The notes beneath the pieces were generated by a model that did no database searches, was not told the origin of the DNA, and worked only from the letters and a program-made list of their open reading frames with translations. DNA of 64,000 nt from Deltaproteobacteria bacterium (GTDB lineage: Bacteria; Desulfobacterota; Desulfobulbia; Desulfobulbales; Desulfurivibrionaceae): contig JAJZRJ010000011.1 in NCBI GenBank assembly GCA_021802775.1, positions 3,194-67,193 of the forward strand, in the 5' to 3' direction. How positions within the stretch are numbered: position 1 is the first letter of the stretch; every line of letters starts with the position of its first letter. The position numbers were made by a program, and so were the translations under genes. Of the stretch, positions 39,659 to 49,560 are shown one piece after another.

Positions 39659-41743
39659 ATGCCCGCTCTTGTCACCCTGCATGGTATCGATCAGGCCCTT
39701 GCCGCGCTGGACCTCAAGTCCGGCACCCTCAAGGCCCTGCTCGCCGAGGCGATTCGTTCCTACTTTCCCGACGACGAGACCCTCCTGACCATCACCGCCA
39801 TCCCCACCGACGAACTGGCCGCCAAAATTTACGGGGTCAGCACCGCGGCCGAGATCAAGGCCAGGAAAAAAAACTTCAGCAGCCTCAAGTCCGGGCTCAA
39901 CAAGCACCTGCGCGAGCTTAATGCCGACCAGAACCCGGAAGGCATCATCATCGGCCGCGACAATGTCTTCATCGTCTCCGACGAGCGCAAGGATAACCTG
40001 CTCCGCGAACTGGGACTGGCCGCCGAATCGACCCAGACCCTGCGGGAGATGTTCCGCTCCTTCAAAAACCTCTTCAAAGACGTTATCAAGACAAAGGGGC
40101 TCCACGAAGTCCACGACCTGATCCGGGAGTTCGACGAAACCCGAAAGCTCATCGAAGAGCTGGGTGCCCTGCCTTCCGAGGCTGCCCCCGCCCCGGTTGC
40201 CCCTCCTCTTCCCCCGGCCCGGCCGGCCGGTGAACCAGCCGCGGAGACCGCCGAGGCACTGCCAAGCGAGACGATCGAGGAAATCGAGGAGATCAGCGAG
40301 GAGGAAATCGAAGAAATTGAGGAGGTTCCTGCCCTGCCAGTCGAGGAACTCGAGGAACTCGGCGAAGATGCCGAAATCGTCGAGGCCGACGAGCTGGAAG
40401 AGGTGGCGGCCGACGAGGTCGCAGAGGCCTCAGCCCCGGCCATCGAGGAAGTCGGGGAACCGGGTGACGGTGAAGACATCGAGCTTGTTGAGGCCGCCGA
40501 GGAGGTGGTCGAAGAAGTGCCACCGGGCGAGGTCGAGGAGGTTTCCGCCGAGGAGCTGGAGGAGGTTGAGGAGGTTGAGGAACTCCCGGCCGCGGAAGAA
40601 CCGGTTGCTGGCGAGGAACCGGAGACCGTTGCCCCGGAAGAAATCGGGGCGGTCGGCGAGGAGGAACTCGAAGAGGTCGCAGCCCCGGCCGTCGAGGAAG
40701 TCGAGGAACCGGGTGACGGTGAAGGCGTCGAGCTTGTTGAGGCCGCCGAGATGGAGGAGGTGGTGGCCGCGCCCGGCGAGGAGATTGCCGAGGAACTGCC
40801 TGCTGACGGGGTCGAGGAGGTGCCGGACGAGACGGCCGGAAAACCGGCGAGTCCGTTGGACTTTCTCTCAAAGTACCTGGAGGCGGACGAGGCCGTTGCC
40901 GAGGAGGGCGATTTCCTCAAGGAAGCCGACGAGGAATCCGCGGCCCAGATCCTCAACCGCTTCATGCCCAAATTCATCCGTATCCCGGCTGGCGACTATC
41001 TGGCCGGCAGCGCGCAGCCCAAGGGACTCGAACAGCCACAGCGCCGGGTCAGCCTGCCCTCCTTCTATATCGGCCAGTTTCCGGTGACGAACGATCTCTT
41101 CGACCTCTTTGTCCGCGAAACCGGCTACGAAACCCAGGCCGAGGCCGCAGGCTACGGTATTGTCTTCGAAGGGCGCTGCGCCACCACCATCGACCCCACC
41201 ACGGGCCTCGCCACCGTGACCCTGACTGCCGGCACCAGCGCCCACCACGTGAGCGGCGCCTCCTGGCGCCACCCCAATGGGCCGGAGAGTATCATCGAAG
41301 GCAGGTATCTCCACCCGGTGGTGCAGGTAAGCCACAAGGATGCCATGGCCTTTGCCGCCTGGGCCGGTAAGCGACTGCCCACCGAAGAGGAATGGGAGGC
41401 CGCGGCCCGGGGGCCCCTTGGCCAGCTCTTTCCCTGGGGCAACACCTGGCTGCCAAAACTCGCCAACCTGGAATCATCCTGCCTGGGCGACACCATGCCG
41501 GTAGACCGCCACGGCCGGGAGGCGATGAGCCACTTCGGCATCCATGATCTCGTGGGAAACGTCTACGAATGGACCGCCACTATCCATCAGCGGCCAGGCG
41601 CGGCAAAGGCCCCGGGCAGCAACATCATCTACGTGCTGAAGGGAGGCTGCTGGACCTCGCGGGGGGTAATCAGCACCACCCACCGCGAGATCGAACGGGG
41701 CTATTACTGGGCCAACACCATCGGCTTCCGCTGCGCGGTGTGA
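39659..41743 (+). CDS. Formylglycine-generating enzyme (FGE/SUMF1) domain protein with a long acidic repeat region
   Basis: AAGGAGGG RBS. C-terminal FIRIPAGDYLAGS...GQFPVTNDLFDLF...SWRHPNG...VSHKDAMAFAAWAGKRLPTEEEWEAAARG...LVGNVYEWT...LKGGCW...IGFRCA. The central region of about 230 aa is rich in E/V/A/P. Confidence 0.85.
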   Translation: MPALVTLHGIDQALAALDLKSGTLKALLAEAIRSYFPDDETLLTITAIPTDELAAKIYGVSTAAEIKARKKNFSSLKSGLNKHLRELNADQNPEGIIIGRDNVFIVSDERKDNLLRELGLAAESTQTLREMFRSFKNLFKDVIKTKGLHEVHDLIREFDETRKLIEELGALPSEAAPAPVAPPLPPARPAGEPAAETAEALPSETIEEIEEISEEEIEEIEEVPALPVEELEELGEDAEIVEADELEEVAADEVAEASAPAIEEVGEPGDGEDIELVEAAEEVVEEVPPGEVEEVSAEELEEVEEVEELPAAEEPVAGEEPETVAPEEIGAVGEEELEEVAAPAVEEVEEPGDGEGVELVEAAEMEEVVAAPGEEIAEELPADGVEEVPDETAGKPASPLDFLSKYLEADEAVAEEGDFLKEADEESAAQILNRFMPKFIRIPAGDYLAGSAQPKGLEQPQRRVSLPSFYIGQFPVTNDLFDLFVRETGYETQAEAAGYGIVFEGRCATTIDPTTGLATVTLTAGTSAHHVSGASWRHPNGPESIIEGRYLHPVVQVSHKDAMAFAAWAGKRLPTEEEWEAAARGPLGQLFPWGNTWLPKLANLESSCLGDTMPVDRHGREAMSHFGIHDLVGNVYEWTATIHQRPGAAKAPGSNIIYVLKGGCWTSRGVISTTHREIERGYYWANTIGFRCAV
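40432..40752 (+). repeat. Two near-identical ~72-nt direct repeats (period ~249 bp) inside the acidic region
   Basis: 40432-40503 (agccccggccatcgaggaagtcggggaaccgggtgacggtgaagacatcgagcttgttgaggccgccgag) versus 40681-40752 (same with a few substitutions). They encode APAIEEVGEPGDGEDIELVEAAE and APAVEEVEEPGDGEGVELVEAAE. Confidence 0.85.
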
Positions 41744-41814
41744 CGGGAAAATTCAGAATGCAGAATTCAGAATGAAAAATAAAACATTATTCTCTTTGCT
41801 TCTGACTGCTGATC

Positions 41815-42888
41815 TTATTCCAGCACCTGATCAATCAATGCGTCCGCCACGTCATCGGTGATTACCACCGTGCCGATGGCCGTGGGCAGCACAAAGAACA
41901 CGCGGCCGGCTACCGTTTTCTTATCGCTCTTGAGATAGCCCTTGATCCGGGTGCGGTCGAACTGCGGCGGAATGGTCACCGGCAGGCCGTAATCGAGCAG
42001 AAGCCGGCGCAAGGTTTCCGCCTCGGCTTGCGGCAAGAGTCCCTGCCGCACCGCCAGCTCCGCCACCGCGGCCATGCCCATGCTCACTGCCATGCCGTGG
42101 GCCAGGGTATAGCCCGAGGCAGCTTCCACCGCATGGCCGATGGTGTGGCCGAAATTGAGGATGCGGCGGAGATCCGCCTCCTTCTCGTCCGCCGCCACCA
42201 CTGCTGCCTTGATGGCACAGCAGCGGGCAATCACCGATTCCAGCACCGGGAGTTCCCGCGCGAGGATCGCGGTCCGCTGCGCCTGCAGCTCGGCAAAAAA
42301 TGGCGCATCGTAGATCACGCCGTATTTCACCACCTCGGCGAGACCATTGAGCATCTCGGCCTCCGGCAGCTCCCGCAGCACCTCGCTGTCGATGTAAACC
42401 CGCCGCGGCTGGTAGAAGGTGCCCACGAGATTCTTGCCCTCGGGGATATCGACCCCGGTTTTGCCGCCCACCGAGCTGTCCACCTGGGCGAGCAGGGTGG
42501 TGGGAAGCTGGACAAAGGGGATGCCGCGCATGTAGATCGAGGCAAGAAAACCGGTCATGTCGCCGGTCACGCCGCCGCCCAGGGCGATAAGGCCATCCTT
42601 GCGATCCACCCCGAGCTGGGCCAGCCGGCTGGCCAGTTCACCGATGGTGGCAAGGTTCTTGCTCGCCTCGCCGTGGGGGAAGGTGATGCAGTCGGCCGCA
42701 ATGCCGGCCTGGGCCAGCGAGGCCAGCAGCCGCCCGCCAAAGAGGCCGGCCACCCGGTCGTCGGCCACCACCACATACCGCTTGGCAATACCGCGCGCCT
42801 TGAGGTCGTGGCCGATCTCCGCCAGCAACCCCGCCTTGATTACAATGTCATAGGCCCGGTCGCCGAGCCCTACCTGCACTGTACGCAC
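41815..42888 (-). CDS. aroB: 3-dehydroquinate synthase
   Basis: 357 aa; LIALGGGVTGDMTGFLASIYMRGIPFVQLPTTLLAQVDSSVGGKTG and the HTIGHAVE metal site. Confidence 0.95.
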   Translation of the reverse strand: MRTVQVGLGDRAYDIVIKAGLLAEIGHDLKARGIAKRYVVVADDRVAGLFGGRLLASLAQAGIAADCITFPHGEASKNLATIGELASRLAQLGVDRKDGLIALGGGVTGDMTGFLASIYMRGIPFVQLPTTLLAQVDSSVGGKTGVDIPEGKNLVGTFYQPRRVYIDSEVLRELPEAEMLNGLAEVVKYGVIYDAPFFAELQAQRTAILARELPVLESVIARCCAIKAAVVAADEKEADLRRILNFGHTIGHAVEAASGYTLAHGMAVSMGMAAVAELAVRQGLLPQAEAETLRRLLLDYGLPVTIPPQFDRTRIKGYLKSDKKTVAGRVFFVLPTAIGTVVITDDVADALIDQVLE

Positions 42889-42935
42889 CTGCCGCTCCTC
42901 TGCCCAAGTTTGCCGCTGGCCCGATACTATAAAAG

Positions 42936-42949
42936 AAATCCGCGGATTT
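42936..42949. promoter_or_regulatory. Perfect 14-bp palindrome AAATCCGCGGATTT (candidate operator)
   Basis: Read directly. It is centred about 20 bp upstream of the -35 of the candidate promoter of the winged-helix-like gene. Confidence 0.4.
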
Positions 42950-42958
42950 GCAATGAAC

Positions 42959-42986
42959 TTGACAATCGACGCCGGTTCACTACACT
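42959..42986 (+). promoter_or_regulatory. Candidate sigma70 promoter
   Basis: TTGACA (42959-42964), a 16-nt spacer, TACACT (42981-42986). It is about 40 nt upstream of the ATG at 43025 (RBS GGAGG). Confidence 0.45.
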
Positions 42987-43024
42987 AAAAACAGTTCCCG
43001 ATACAATTTGGATACGGAGGAACC

Positions 43025-43465
43025 ATGGCCACCACTCCCCGCCCCCGGACGACGAAGAACACCCTGACCGATGCCGGCATCCGCGTCGGCAAGGCATTGG
43101 CCCGCTCCTCGGCAAAGATTGAACAAACCGGCCGCAAGGCGCGGCGGGTGGCCAAACAGCTGGTCGAATCGACGGTCGGCAAAAAAACGAAACAACCGGC
43201 GCCCGCAATCCGGCCCAAGGGAGAAGCCGAGTCACTGCTCAAGCCCAACTCCGCCATGACCGTGGAGGCGCTCATCGGCTTCCTGGCTGGCGACATTTAC
43301 AACTACCTGGCAGAGACGAAGCAGGTCACCACCGCCGATCTCTTCCGGGCCATGAAACGGCGCGACAACAACACCGCCTACATCTGCGCCGCCCTCGGCT
43401 GGCTGGCCCGCGAGTACAAGATTCACTTCCTCGACGACGGCGAAACCATCGCGCTGGTCGAATAA
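43025..43465 (+). CDS. Hypothetical protein: basic disordered N-terminus plus probable winged-helix C-terminal domain
   Basis: 146 aa. The N-terminal half is K/R-rich. The C-terminal ALIGFLAGDIYNYLAETKQVTTADLFRAMKRRDNNTAYICAALGWLAREYKIHF resembles small wHTH proteins by eye only. Confidence 0.6.
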   Translation: MATTPRPRTTKNTLTDAGIRVGKALARSSAKIEQTGRKARRVAKQLVESTVGKKTKQPAPAIRPKGEAESLLKPNSAMTVEALIGFLAGDIYNYLAETKQVTTADLFRAMKRRDNNTAYICAALGWLAREYKIHFLDDGETIALVE

Positions 43466-43510
43466 CAGAAACTCCCGCCTGGCACAAGAGTGCGCCCGTG
43501 CCGGGCGCAC

Positions 43511-43541
43511 GAAAAAAGGGGATGCCGTTGCCGGCATCCCC
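43511..43541 (-). terminator. Rho-independent terminator of sat
   Basis: On the minus strand: ggggatgccg-gcaa-cggcatcccc followed by tttttt. A second hairpin (gtgcgccc...gggcgcac, 43490-43510) lies adjacent. Confidence 0.85.
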
Positions 43542-43571
43542 TTGGTACTTCTCGCAATCAGGATACAGTGA

Positions 43572-44849
43572 TTACATCTTGGCGCCGGAAGCGGCACCCT
43601 GCATCTTGACCTCTACCTTCTCGGTCAGCCCCTGGTAGTACTCCTTCAGGATGACGAGAACCTCGTCGCGGCCGAAATGCGGTACGATCTCGGCGCCCTC
43701 GGAGAGGGCCTTGCGCAGCTTGGTGCCGGAGAGGATAACGCGATCCTCCTTGGAGTGCGGGCAGGTACGCAGGGAGGCCATACCGTCGCACTTGTGGCAG
43801 TAGAAGGTCCAGTCGATCTTCAGCGGCTTGCAGATCAGCGCCTTGCCCGCGGGCAGGTTCTGCGGGATCTTGTCGAAGATGGTCTGGGCTTCGAACAGAC
43901 CGTAGAAGTCGCCAACGCCCGCATGGTCGCGGCCGATGATCATCTTGGTGATGCCGTAGTTCTGACGGAAGGTGGCATGGAGCAGCGCCTCGCGCGGACC
44001 GGCGTAACGCATATCCAGCGGGTAACCGGCCTGGATGACGTTGTCCTTCACGAAGTAGTGCTCAACCAGGCAGTCGATGGCCTTGACGCGAACCTCGGCG
44101 GGGATATCGCCCTTCTTCAGGTTGCCGATCAGGGAGTGGATCAGAACGCCGTCGCATACCTCGATGGCGATCTTGGCCAGGAACTCGTGGGAGCGGTGCA
44201 TCGGGTTACGCAGCTGCAGGGCAGCAACGTCCGACCAGCCGCGCTCCTCGAACATGGCGCGAACTTCGGCCGGGGTCAGGTAGACGCCCTTGTACTTCTC
44301 CGGGTACTCGCCCTCGGAGAGAACCTTGACCGGGCCGGCCAGGTTCACTTCCTTCTGGGCCATAACCATCTTGACGCCGGGATGATCTTCCATGGCGATC
44401 TTCCAGAACTTGTCGTCGGCAGACTCCTCGCCTTCGCCCTTGAAGACCTTCTCGCATTCCCACTTCTTGTCGGCCTCGCTCATCTCGTACTTCTCGGAGA
44501 CCTTCATGGTGGCGTAGACGGTGCCATCGGCCTCCAGAGCGATCTCGTCACCGACCTTGATCGCGTCGGCATCGGCCTTGGAAACGTCCAGGGTGATGGG
44601 CAGCGGCCAGAAGGTGCCATCGGCCATGGTGAAGTTCTCAACAACGCCCTTCCAGTCAGCCTTGGTCATGAAGCCATTCAGCGGGGAAAAACCGCCGATG
44701 CCCATCATGATGAGGTCGCCCTTGGCGCGGGCGCTGATCTGAATCTTCTTCAGGCCCTTGGCCTTATCCTTCTCTGCCTCCAACTCGTTGCCATGCAGCA
44801 GGCAGCAAACCAGACCCTTGCCTCCGTGGGGAGCTACTAACTTTGACAT
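43572..44849 (-). CDS. sat: Sulfate adenylyltransferase (ATP sulfurylase)
   Basis: 425 aa; [14 protein letters not shown]..., [27 protein letters not shown]. Confidence 0.96.
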   Translation of the reverse strand: MSKLVAPHGGKGLVCCLLHGNELEAEKDKAKGLKKIQISARAKGDLIMMGIGGFSPLNGFMTKADWKGVVENFTMADGTFWPLPITLDVSKADADAIKVGDEIALEADGTVYATMKVSEKYEMSEADKKWECEKVFKGEGEESADDKFWKIAMEDHPGVKMVMAQKEVNLAGPVKVLSEGEYPEKYKGVYLTPAEVRAMFEERGWSDVAALQLRNPMHRSHEFLAKIAIEVCDGVLIHSLIGNLKKGDIPAEVRVKAIDCLVEHYFVKDNVIQAGYPLDMRYAGPREALLHATFRQNYGITKMIIGRDHAGVGDFYGLFEAQTIFDKIPQNLPAGKALICKPLKIDWTFYCHKCDGMASLRTCPHSKEDRVILSGTKLRKALSEGAEIVPHFGRDEVLVILKEYYQGLTEKVEVKMQGAASGAKM

Positions 44850-44938
44850 ACCGTCTCTCCTTTAATCAGTTGTGGAATTTGGTAATGTGGGTATGAAATA
44901 CGCAGATTGAACGCCCATTCACTTTTTTTAGACGCCTA

Positions 44939-44967
44939 GGTATACGCAAGGGCCGGGGAATTGTCAA
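44939..44967 (-). promoter_or_regulatory. Candidate sigma70 promoter of sat
   Basis: On the minus strand: TTGACA (44967-44962), a 17-nt spacer, TATACC (44944-44939). This implies a 5' UTR of about 85 nt. Confidence 0.45.
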
Positions 44968-45065
44968 GGAAAAATAAACCGGGAAAAATTAATCAGCCGA
45001 ACTGCCCTGTTTTCCTGGCTCGACTGGGTACGGCACGAACAAATCCAGCGCTTGGACGCAGCCGC

Positions 45066-45088
45066 AAAAAGCCCGCGCGAAGCGGGCG
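45066..45088 (-). terminator. Rho-independent terminator after flaG
   Basis: On the minus strand: gcccgc-ttcgc-gcgggc followed by ttttt. Confidence 0.7.
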
Positions 45089-45188
45089 TTAAAAACAAAA
45101 CAGGGGAAGGAAAGGGGCCGCGGAAGAGGCATTCCCGGTGCAGGAAGAGCCTTTGCCCCTCTTCGCTTTGGACAGGAAAAACAGCTTC

Positions 45189-45608
45189 TCAGGCGGTCCC
45201 TTCAAAAAGAAGCCCGGTGAGTTCCTCCAGTTTCTTGCGGAGCTTTATCATATCCTCCGACGGAATCTGCCGGATCAACTCGCCGCTCTGTTTGTCGGTG
45301 ACCTTCACGACAATCTCTTCCGCCACCTTGTCCATGGCAAACTGCAGGTTGGTGCCCATCATATCCAGGCGATCCTGAACCTCCTTCAGCACCTCCTGCA
45401 TCTCGGCATCGGAGAGCTGCTTCCTGACCCGGTCTTCCTCGCGGCGCAGCCGCTTTTCATCCAGGGCATTCCGCGCCATTTCCGCGCCTTCTTCCACCGG
45501 CCGGATCCGGGCTTTCAACCTCGCCCCCTGGTCGACCTGCTGCGCGGCAAGACCGTTGAGACCCTCGCGACTCATGTCGGTTCTGACATTCGCTATTTCC
45601 ATAACCAA
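45189..45608 (-). CDS. flaG: Flagellar protein FlaG
   Basis: 139 aa; C-terminal LQFAMDKVAEEIVVKVTDKQSGELIRQIPSEDMIKL is the FlaG signature. It lies in the flagellar filament cluster. Confidence 0.85.
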   Translation of the reverse strand: MVMEIANVRTDMSREGLNGLAAQQVDQGARLKARIRPVEEGAEMARNALDEKRLRREEDRVRKQLSDAEMQEVLKEVQDRLDMMGTNLQFAMDKVAEEIVVKVTDKQSGELIRQIPSEDMIKLRKKLEELTGLLFEGTA

Positions 45609-45684
45609 CCTCCGCGTCTCGTTATCATCGTGTGATGGCCGCCCAACAATCCGTTATGGGCAATGGCCCCGATGGGGACCGCCT

Positions 45685-45984
45685 TCACACATTACCGGCA
45701 AATCGTCCGTACGCCTTTTCCAGCCGTTTGCCCTTGCGGACTTTCCCCATCGCTTCCGTGAGCGCGGCAAGCCTGCGGGCCGCCTGCTCCTGGCAACGCC
45801 GTTCGCATTGCTGAATCTGGGCAATGATCGCCATCGTCTCCTCCGGCAAGGACTGCGGCGGCTGCCCCTCCAGCACGGCAAAAGCGGCAGCGCGACGGTT
45901 CAGAAGTTCCTGCAGGCGAGCATGGTCATCGCCGGCACTGACCGCCTCTATCTCTTCCGTGAGTTCAAGAATCTTCTTATACAT
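45685..45984 (-). CDS. Hypothetical helical protein in the flagellar cluster (FliT-like position)
   Basis: The internal ATG at 45984 gives MYKKILELTEEIEAV.... It is small and all-helical, sitting between fliS and flaG. There is no firm homology. Confidence 0.45.
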   Translation of the reverse strand: MYKKILELTEEIEAVSAGDDHARLQELLNRRAAAFAVLEGQPPQSLPEETMAIIAQIQQCERRCQEQAARRLAALTEAMGKVRKGKRLEKAYGRFAGNV

Positions 45985-46020
45985 TCCACCACCCTGTCGA
46001 CAGCGCAACACAGCGGGAAT

Positions 46021-46482
46021 TCAATAATTGATCGCTTCCTGAAGCGTACCCGGCTTGGCAGCGACATACGCAACAGCATCATCCACCGGCCGCGCCGCCA
46101 GCTTTTTTCCCTTGGCAATACCGGTCCACGCCTCGAGCAGCGGCTCCACCACCTTCAGGGCCTCCACGATCTTCTGCGTATCGTTGTGCAGATTGGCCGT
46201 GATCAGATCGGAAACCAGATAACCGTACAGATCGTTCAGGTTCACGGCGATCTCGCCACCCTGCTCCATATCCAGCGACGCCTGGAGTTCAAGCACAATG
46301 GCAAGAGCCCGGCTCAAATGTTCCGCCTTCTTCACGATATTCCCGTCATTGATCTCCTCAATCGCCGCCTGCAACCTGATACGCAGTGCCTCATACAACT
46401 TGACCACGATCTCTTCGCGGCTCAGATTCTCCAGATCGTTTTTTACATAGGCAGCGCGGGCATTCCGGGCATAAGCATTCAT
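46021..46482 (-). CDS. fliS: Flagellar export chaperone FliS
   Basis: 153 aa; ...LSREEIVVKLYEALRIRLQAAIEEI...HLSRALAIVLELQASLDMEQGGEIAVNLNDLYGYL is typical of FliS. Confidence 0.9.
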   Translation of the reverse strand: MNAYARNARAAYVKNDLENLSREEIVVKLYEALRIRLQAAIEEINDGNIVKKAEHLSRALAIVLELQASLDMEQGGEIAVNLNDLYGYLVSDLITANLHNDTQKIVEALKVVEPLLEAWTGIAKGKKLAARPVDDAVAYVAAKPGTLQEAINY

Positions 46483-46514
46483 AAAAGAGTACCCTTTCCT
46501 TTAAAGAATTGAAG

Positions 46515-47936
46515 TTATTTCTTGTTACCAGATATCTGGGCACTCAGATTACTGAGCGCTTCCAACTGGTTCGTCAACGTGCCGGAAGTGGTCTGGAATT
46601 GACTAAGCAATTCCTCCAAGGCCGCGAACTGGTTACGCAAGCTTTCCTCCCGCTTCGCAAGCCGTCTCGCAATCCGCTCGACCTGGTCGCCGAGGCGCTC
46701 AACGGAACGATTCAACCCTTCCTCTTTGGTGGCCAGCAAACCGGTGGTGCTTTGCAGATAAGTCTCCAACATGGAATCGACCTGCACCGCAAATCCTTCA
46801 CTGCCATCAGTGGTCTGGGTGAAAAAAGCCACCACATCATCGCGATGCTCCTCATAGGCCGCGGTGAAGGTTGCGGAGTCAAAGCTCAACTTCCCATCTT
46901 CGTCTGCACTCACCCCAAGGGCGCTCAGACTATTGACTGAATCGTCAACACCATCTACCGCCGTGGTGAGAAAATTTTGCAGACGCATCTGCAAAATCCG
47001 GGCGGTGGAATCCCCCTGCAGGGCGCCAATGTTGCCGGCTTCCGGGTCAGAAGCCTGCAACGACTGCAGGGAGGAGTAGGCTTTGTTATATTTTTCCACA
47101 AAGGTGGTTATCTTACTGCTGACACTGCCAACATCCCGCGCGACCTTGACCTCAAAAGGCGTGCCCGGATCCGACGACTTCAGGGTCATGGTGACCCCTT
47201 CCAGCAGGTCATCAATGATATTGCCTGCACGCTCCACGGCGATGCCGTTCACTTTGAGCTTAGCATTGGCCGCGGGCTGGGTCTCGAACATGGTTTGCCC
47301 CGCGGGGTCATTATAAAGCTTGGAAAGCCCTTTTGCGTCGTTATCGACCAGATCATCATCGTCAATGGTGAAGCTGATGGTGTTGCTGGTCCCGGTTTCC
47401 TTGCTGGCCAAGGTCAGGTAGTAATTGCCGAGCCCGTCGTTGACCACGCCGGCCGTTACATCGGTATTAGCATCGTTGATGGCCTGGGCAATCCCGGCGA
47501 GGGTATTGTTGGTGCTATTGATGGTGACGTTCACCGCGGTATTGGTCCCCACCCGGATGGTCAGGGTGCCGGTGCCCACCACGTCGCTGCTGGCCGCAAA
47601 AGATGAACTCCTGACCTGTTGAGCCTTTGCCAAGGCAGTGACTTCTACCTGGTAGGTGCCGGCCACTGCCGTATTGTCGGCAGAGGCGGTCAACACCGTG
47701 GTATTTGCGGAGGTAGCGGAAAAACCAGCAAAAAGATCAGTTTTCTTGAGAGCAGCGGCGGCGGTCTGCAAATCAGCCAGCACCCCCTTCAAGGTTCCGA
47801 GGGCGGATATCTTTGATTGATATGCAGCCTCCTGCTGCTGCAGCAACAGAATCGGACGCTGCTCGATCGACATCATCTTTGAAATGATGGACTCGGTGTC
47901 GAGACCGGACATCAAACCACTTACGCCGATTACCAT
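46515..47936 (-). CDS. fliD: Flagellar filament capping protein FliD
   Basis: 473 aa; N-terminal GVSGLMSGLDTESIISKMMSIEQRP and a C-terminal coiled region ...RLAKREESLRNQFAALEELLSQFQ. Confidence 0.93.
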   Translation of the reverse strand: MVIGVSGLMSGLDTESIISKMMSIEQRPILLLQQQEAAYQSKISALGTLKGVLADLQTAAAALKKTDLFAGFSATSANTTVLTASADNTAVAGTYQVEVTALAKAQQVRSSSFAASSDVVGTGTLTIRVGTNTAVNVTINSTNNTLAGIAQAINDANTDVTAGVVNDGLGNYYLTLASKETGTSNTISFTIDDDDLVDNDAKGLSKLYNDPAGQTMFETQPAANAKLKVNGIAVERAGNIIDDLLEGVTMTLKSSDPGTPFEVKVARDVGSVSSKITTFVEKYNKAYSSLQSLQASDPEAGNIGALQGDSTARILQMRLQNFLTTAVDGVDDSVNSLSALGVSADEDGKLSFDSATFTAAYEEHRDDVVAFFTQTTDGSEGFAVQVDSMLETYLQSTTGLLATKEEGLNRSVERLGDQVERIARRLAKREESLRNQFAALEELLSQFQTTSGTLTNQLEALSNLSAQISGNKK

Positions 47937-48030
47937 GACATCCTCCCAATCAACAGATCAACTATACGGTGGGAAGCCGGGGGGCGTTTTGCCGCCCCCC
48001 GCCTGTTGGTGGTTAACGAACGACCACTTC

Positions 48031-49560
48031 TTAGCCTTGCAGCAGGGTCAGAGCCGCCTGCGGCACCTGGTTGGCCTGGGAGAGCATGGCCAGACCGGCC
48101 TGTTGCAGGATCTGAGACTTGGTCAGGCTTGCGGTCTCCGCGGCAAAGTCCGCATCAACAATCCGCGATTTCGCAGCCGAGATGTTCTCGGATACGTTCA
48201 TCAGGTTGGCGATGGTGGACTCAAACCGGTTCTGGATCGCACCCAGATCACCACGGAAGTCATCGATGTTCTTGACGGCCTCATCCAACCGGTAAATGGC
48301 CAAGTCAGCCGCGGACTCGGTGAGGATGTCGGAGGCGTCGATGGTTGCGGGGTTGGTGGTTGCCGTAGCGCCCGAGGCGATACCATCCACAATAGTGTTG
48401 GCAGCAGCCTCGCCAACCACTATGGCCGATCTGGAGGTCAGGGAGATAGAGCCCTTGGTGATGTCGTAATTGGTGGTTGGACCTACAGTAGCACCACTCA
48501 CGCCATTGCCAAAGTAGCCAGTAATCACATCACCGGTATCCGACGTGTCGGCGAAAACTTCCTTGATCTCGATATTCCGGCCATCAGCGGCGGAAAGGAC
48601 CATATCACCATTGGCCTGCACGGCAGCGGTTACGCCCGTGGTATCCTTCTGGCCATTGATGAGGTTGGCCAACCCGTTCACATCATACGCAGCCGCACCC
48701 TCAGCTTGGGTCAGGATCTGCACATCATTGACGCTAAGGGTATACGTGAGCGTATCGTTAGTAGTAGCATCATCAGTGATGACGTAGTTGGAGATCTGAG
48801 CCGCGGTCACTGTCAACGAGGACGCATTGGCCTTGGCGGTAACGCCGTGGGTATCGGTCGAGAGGTTGATAGCATTGGCAATGGAGTAAGCACTGCCTGC
48901 GCCTCTGCCGTAAGTACCGGCGGTGGCGGCGGCGATATTGGTGCTATTGATGCTCAAGTCGCCGGCAACATCCAACTTATACGCAGCGGTCTCAGCGGCA
49001 GTCTGATCGAGGTAGTTGGTGAGCTGGTAATCAACCTTCGCATAGCTGCCGATGGCATTGGTGCGCATGCTGCTCGCCATGCTGACGCTGATGGTCTCAC
49101 CCACGTTGGCGCCAACCTGGAAGACCGAGTCCCCGATGCTGCCGTCGAGTACCTTGCGACCGTTGAATGCCGTGGTGGTGGCGATACGATCGAGTTCGGC
49201 GTTCAACTGCTGGAATTCCGCGTCCAGAGACTCACGGTCATTAGCAGTGTTGGTGCTGTTGCGCGACTGGACGGCCAACTCACGCATACGCTGGATGATG
49301 TTGGTCATCTCGTTCATGGCACCTTCAGCGGTCTGGGCCATGGAGATACCGTCGTTCGCGTTACGCACCGCCTGGTTCAGGCCGCGAACCTGGGCGTTCA
49401 TACGGTCGGAGATGGCGAGACCCGCAGCGTCGTCCTTGGCGCTGTTGATTCGCAGACCGGAAGAAAGCCGCTGCAGGGATTGATTGAGGAGTTTGCCGGA
49501 ACCGGTAAGGTTACGCTGAGCATTGAGGGAAGCGACGTTAGTGTTAACTACAATAGCCAT
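48031..49560 (-). CDS. fliC: Flagellin
   Basis: 509 aa; MAIVVNTNVASLNAQRNL...LSSGLRINSAKDDAAGLAISDRM and the conserved C-terminus ...QILQQAGLAMLSQANQVPQAALTLLQG. Confidence 0.96.
   Translation of the reverse strand: MAIVVNTNVASLNAQRNLTGSGKLLNQSLQRLSSGLRINSAKDDAAGLAISDRMNAQVRGLNQAVRNANDGISMAQTAEGAMNEMTNIIQRMRELAVQSRNSTNTANDRESLDAEFQQLNAELDRIATTTAFNGRKVLDGSIGDSVFQVGANVGETISVSMASSMRTNAIGSYAKVDYQLTNYLDQTAAETAAYKLDVAGDLSINSTNIAAATAGTYGRGAGSAYSIANAINLSTDTHGVTAKANASSLTVTAAQISNYVITDDATTNDTLTYTLSVNDVQILTQAEGAAAYDVNGLANLINGQKDTTGVTAAVQANGDMVLSAADGRNIEIKEVFADTSDTGDVITGYFGNGVSGATVGPTTNYDITKGSISLTSRSAIVVGEAAANTIVDGIASGATATTNPATIDASDILTESAADLAIYRLDEAVKNIDDFRGDLGAIQNRFESTIANLMNVSENISAAKSRIVDADFAAETASLTKSQILQQAGLAMLSQANQVPQAALTLLQG

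Noticed and set aside
39829-40977. 382-aa Ser-rich minus-strand ORF
   Set aside because: It is the reverse-frame reading of the GAG/GAA-rich acidic repeat region of the FGE-domain gene, so it is a compositional artefact.
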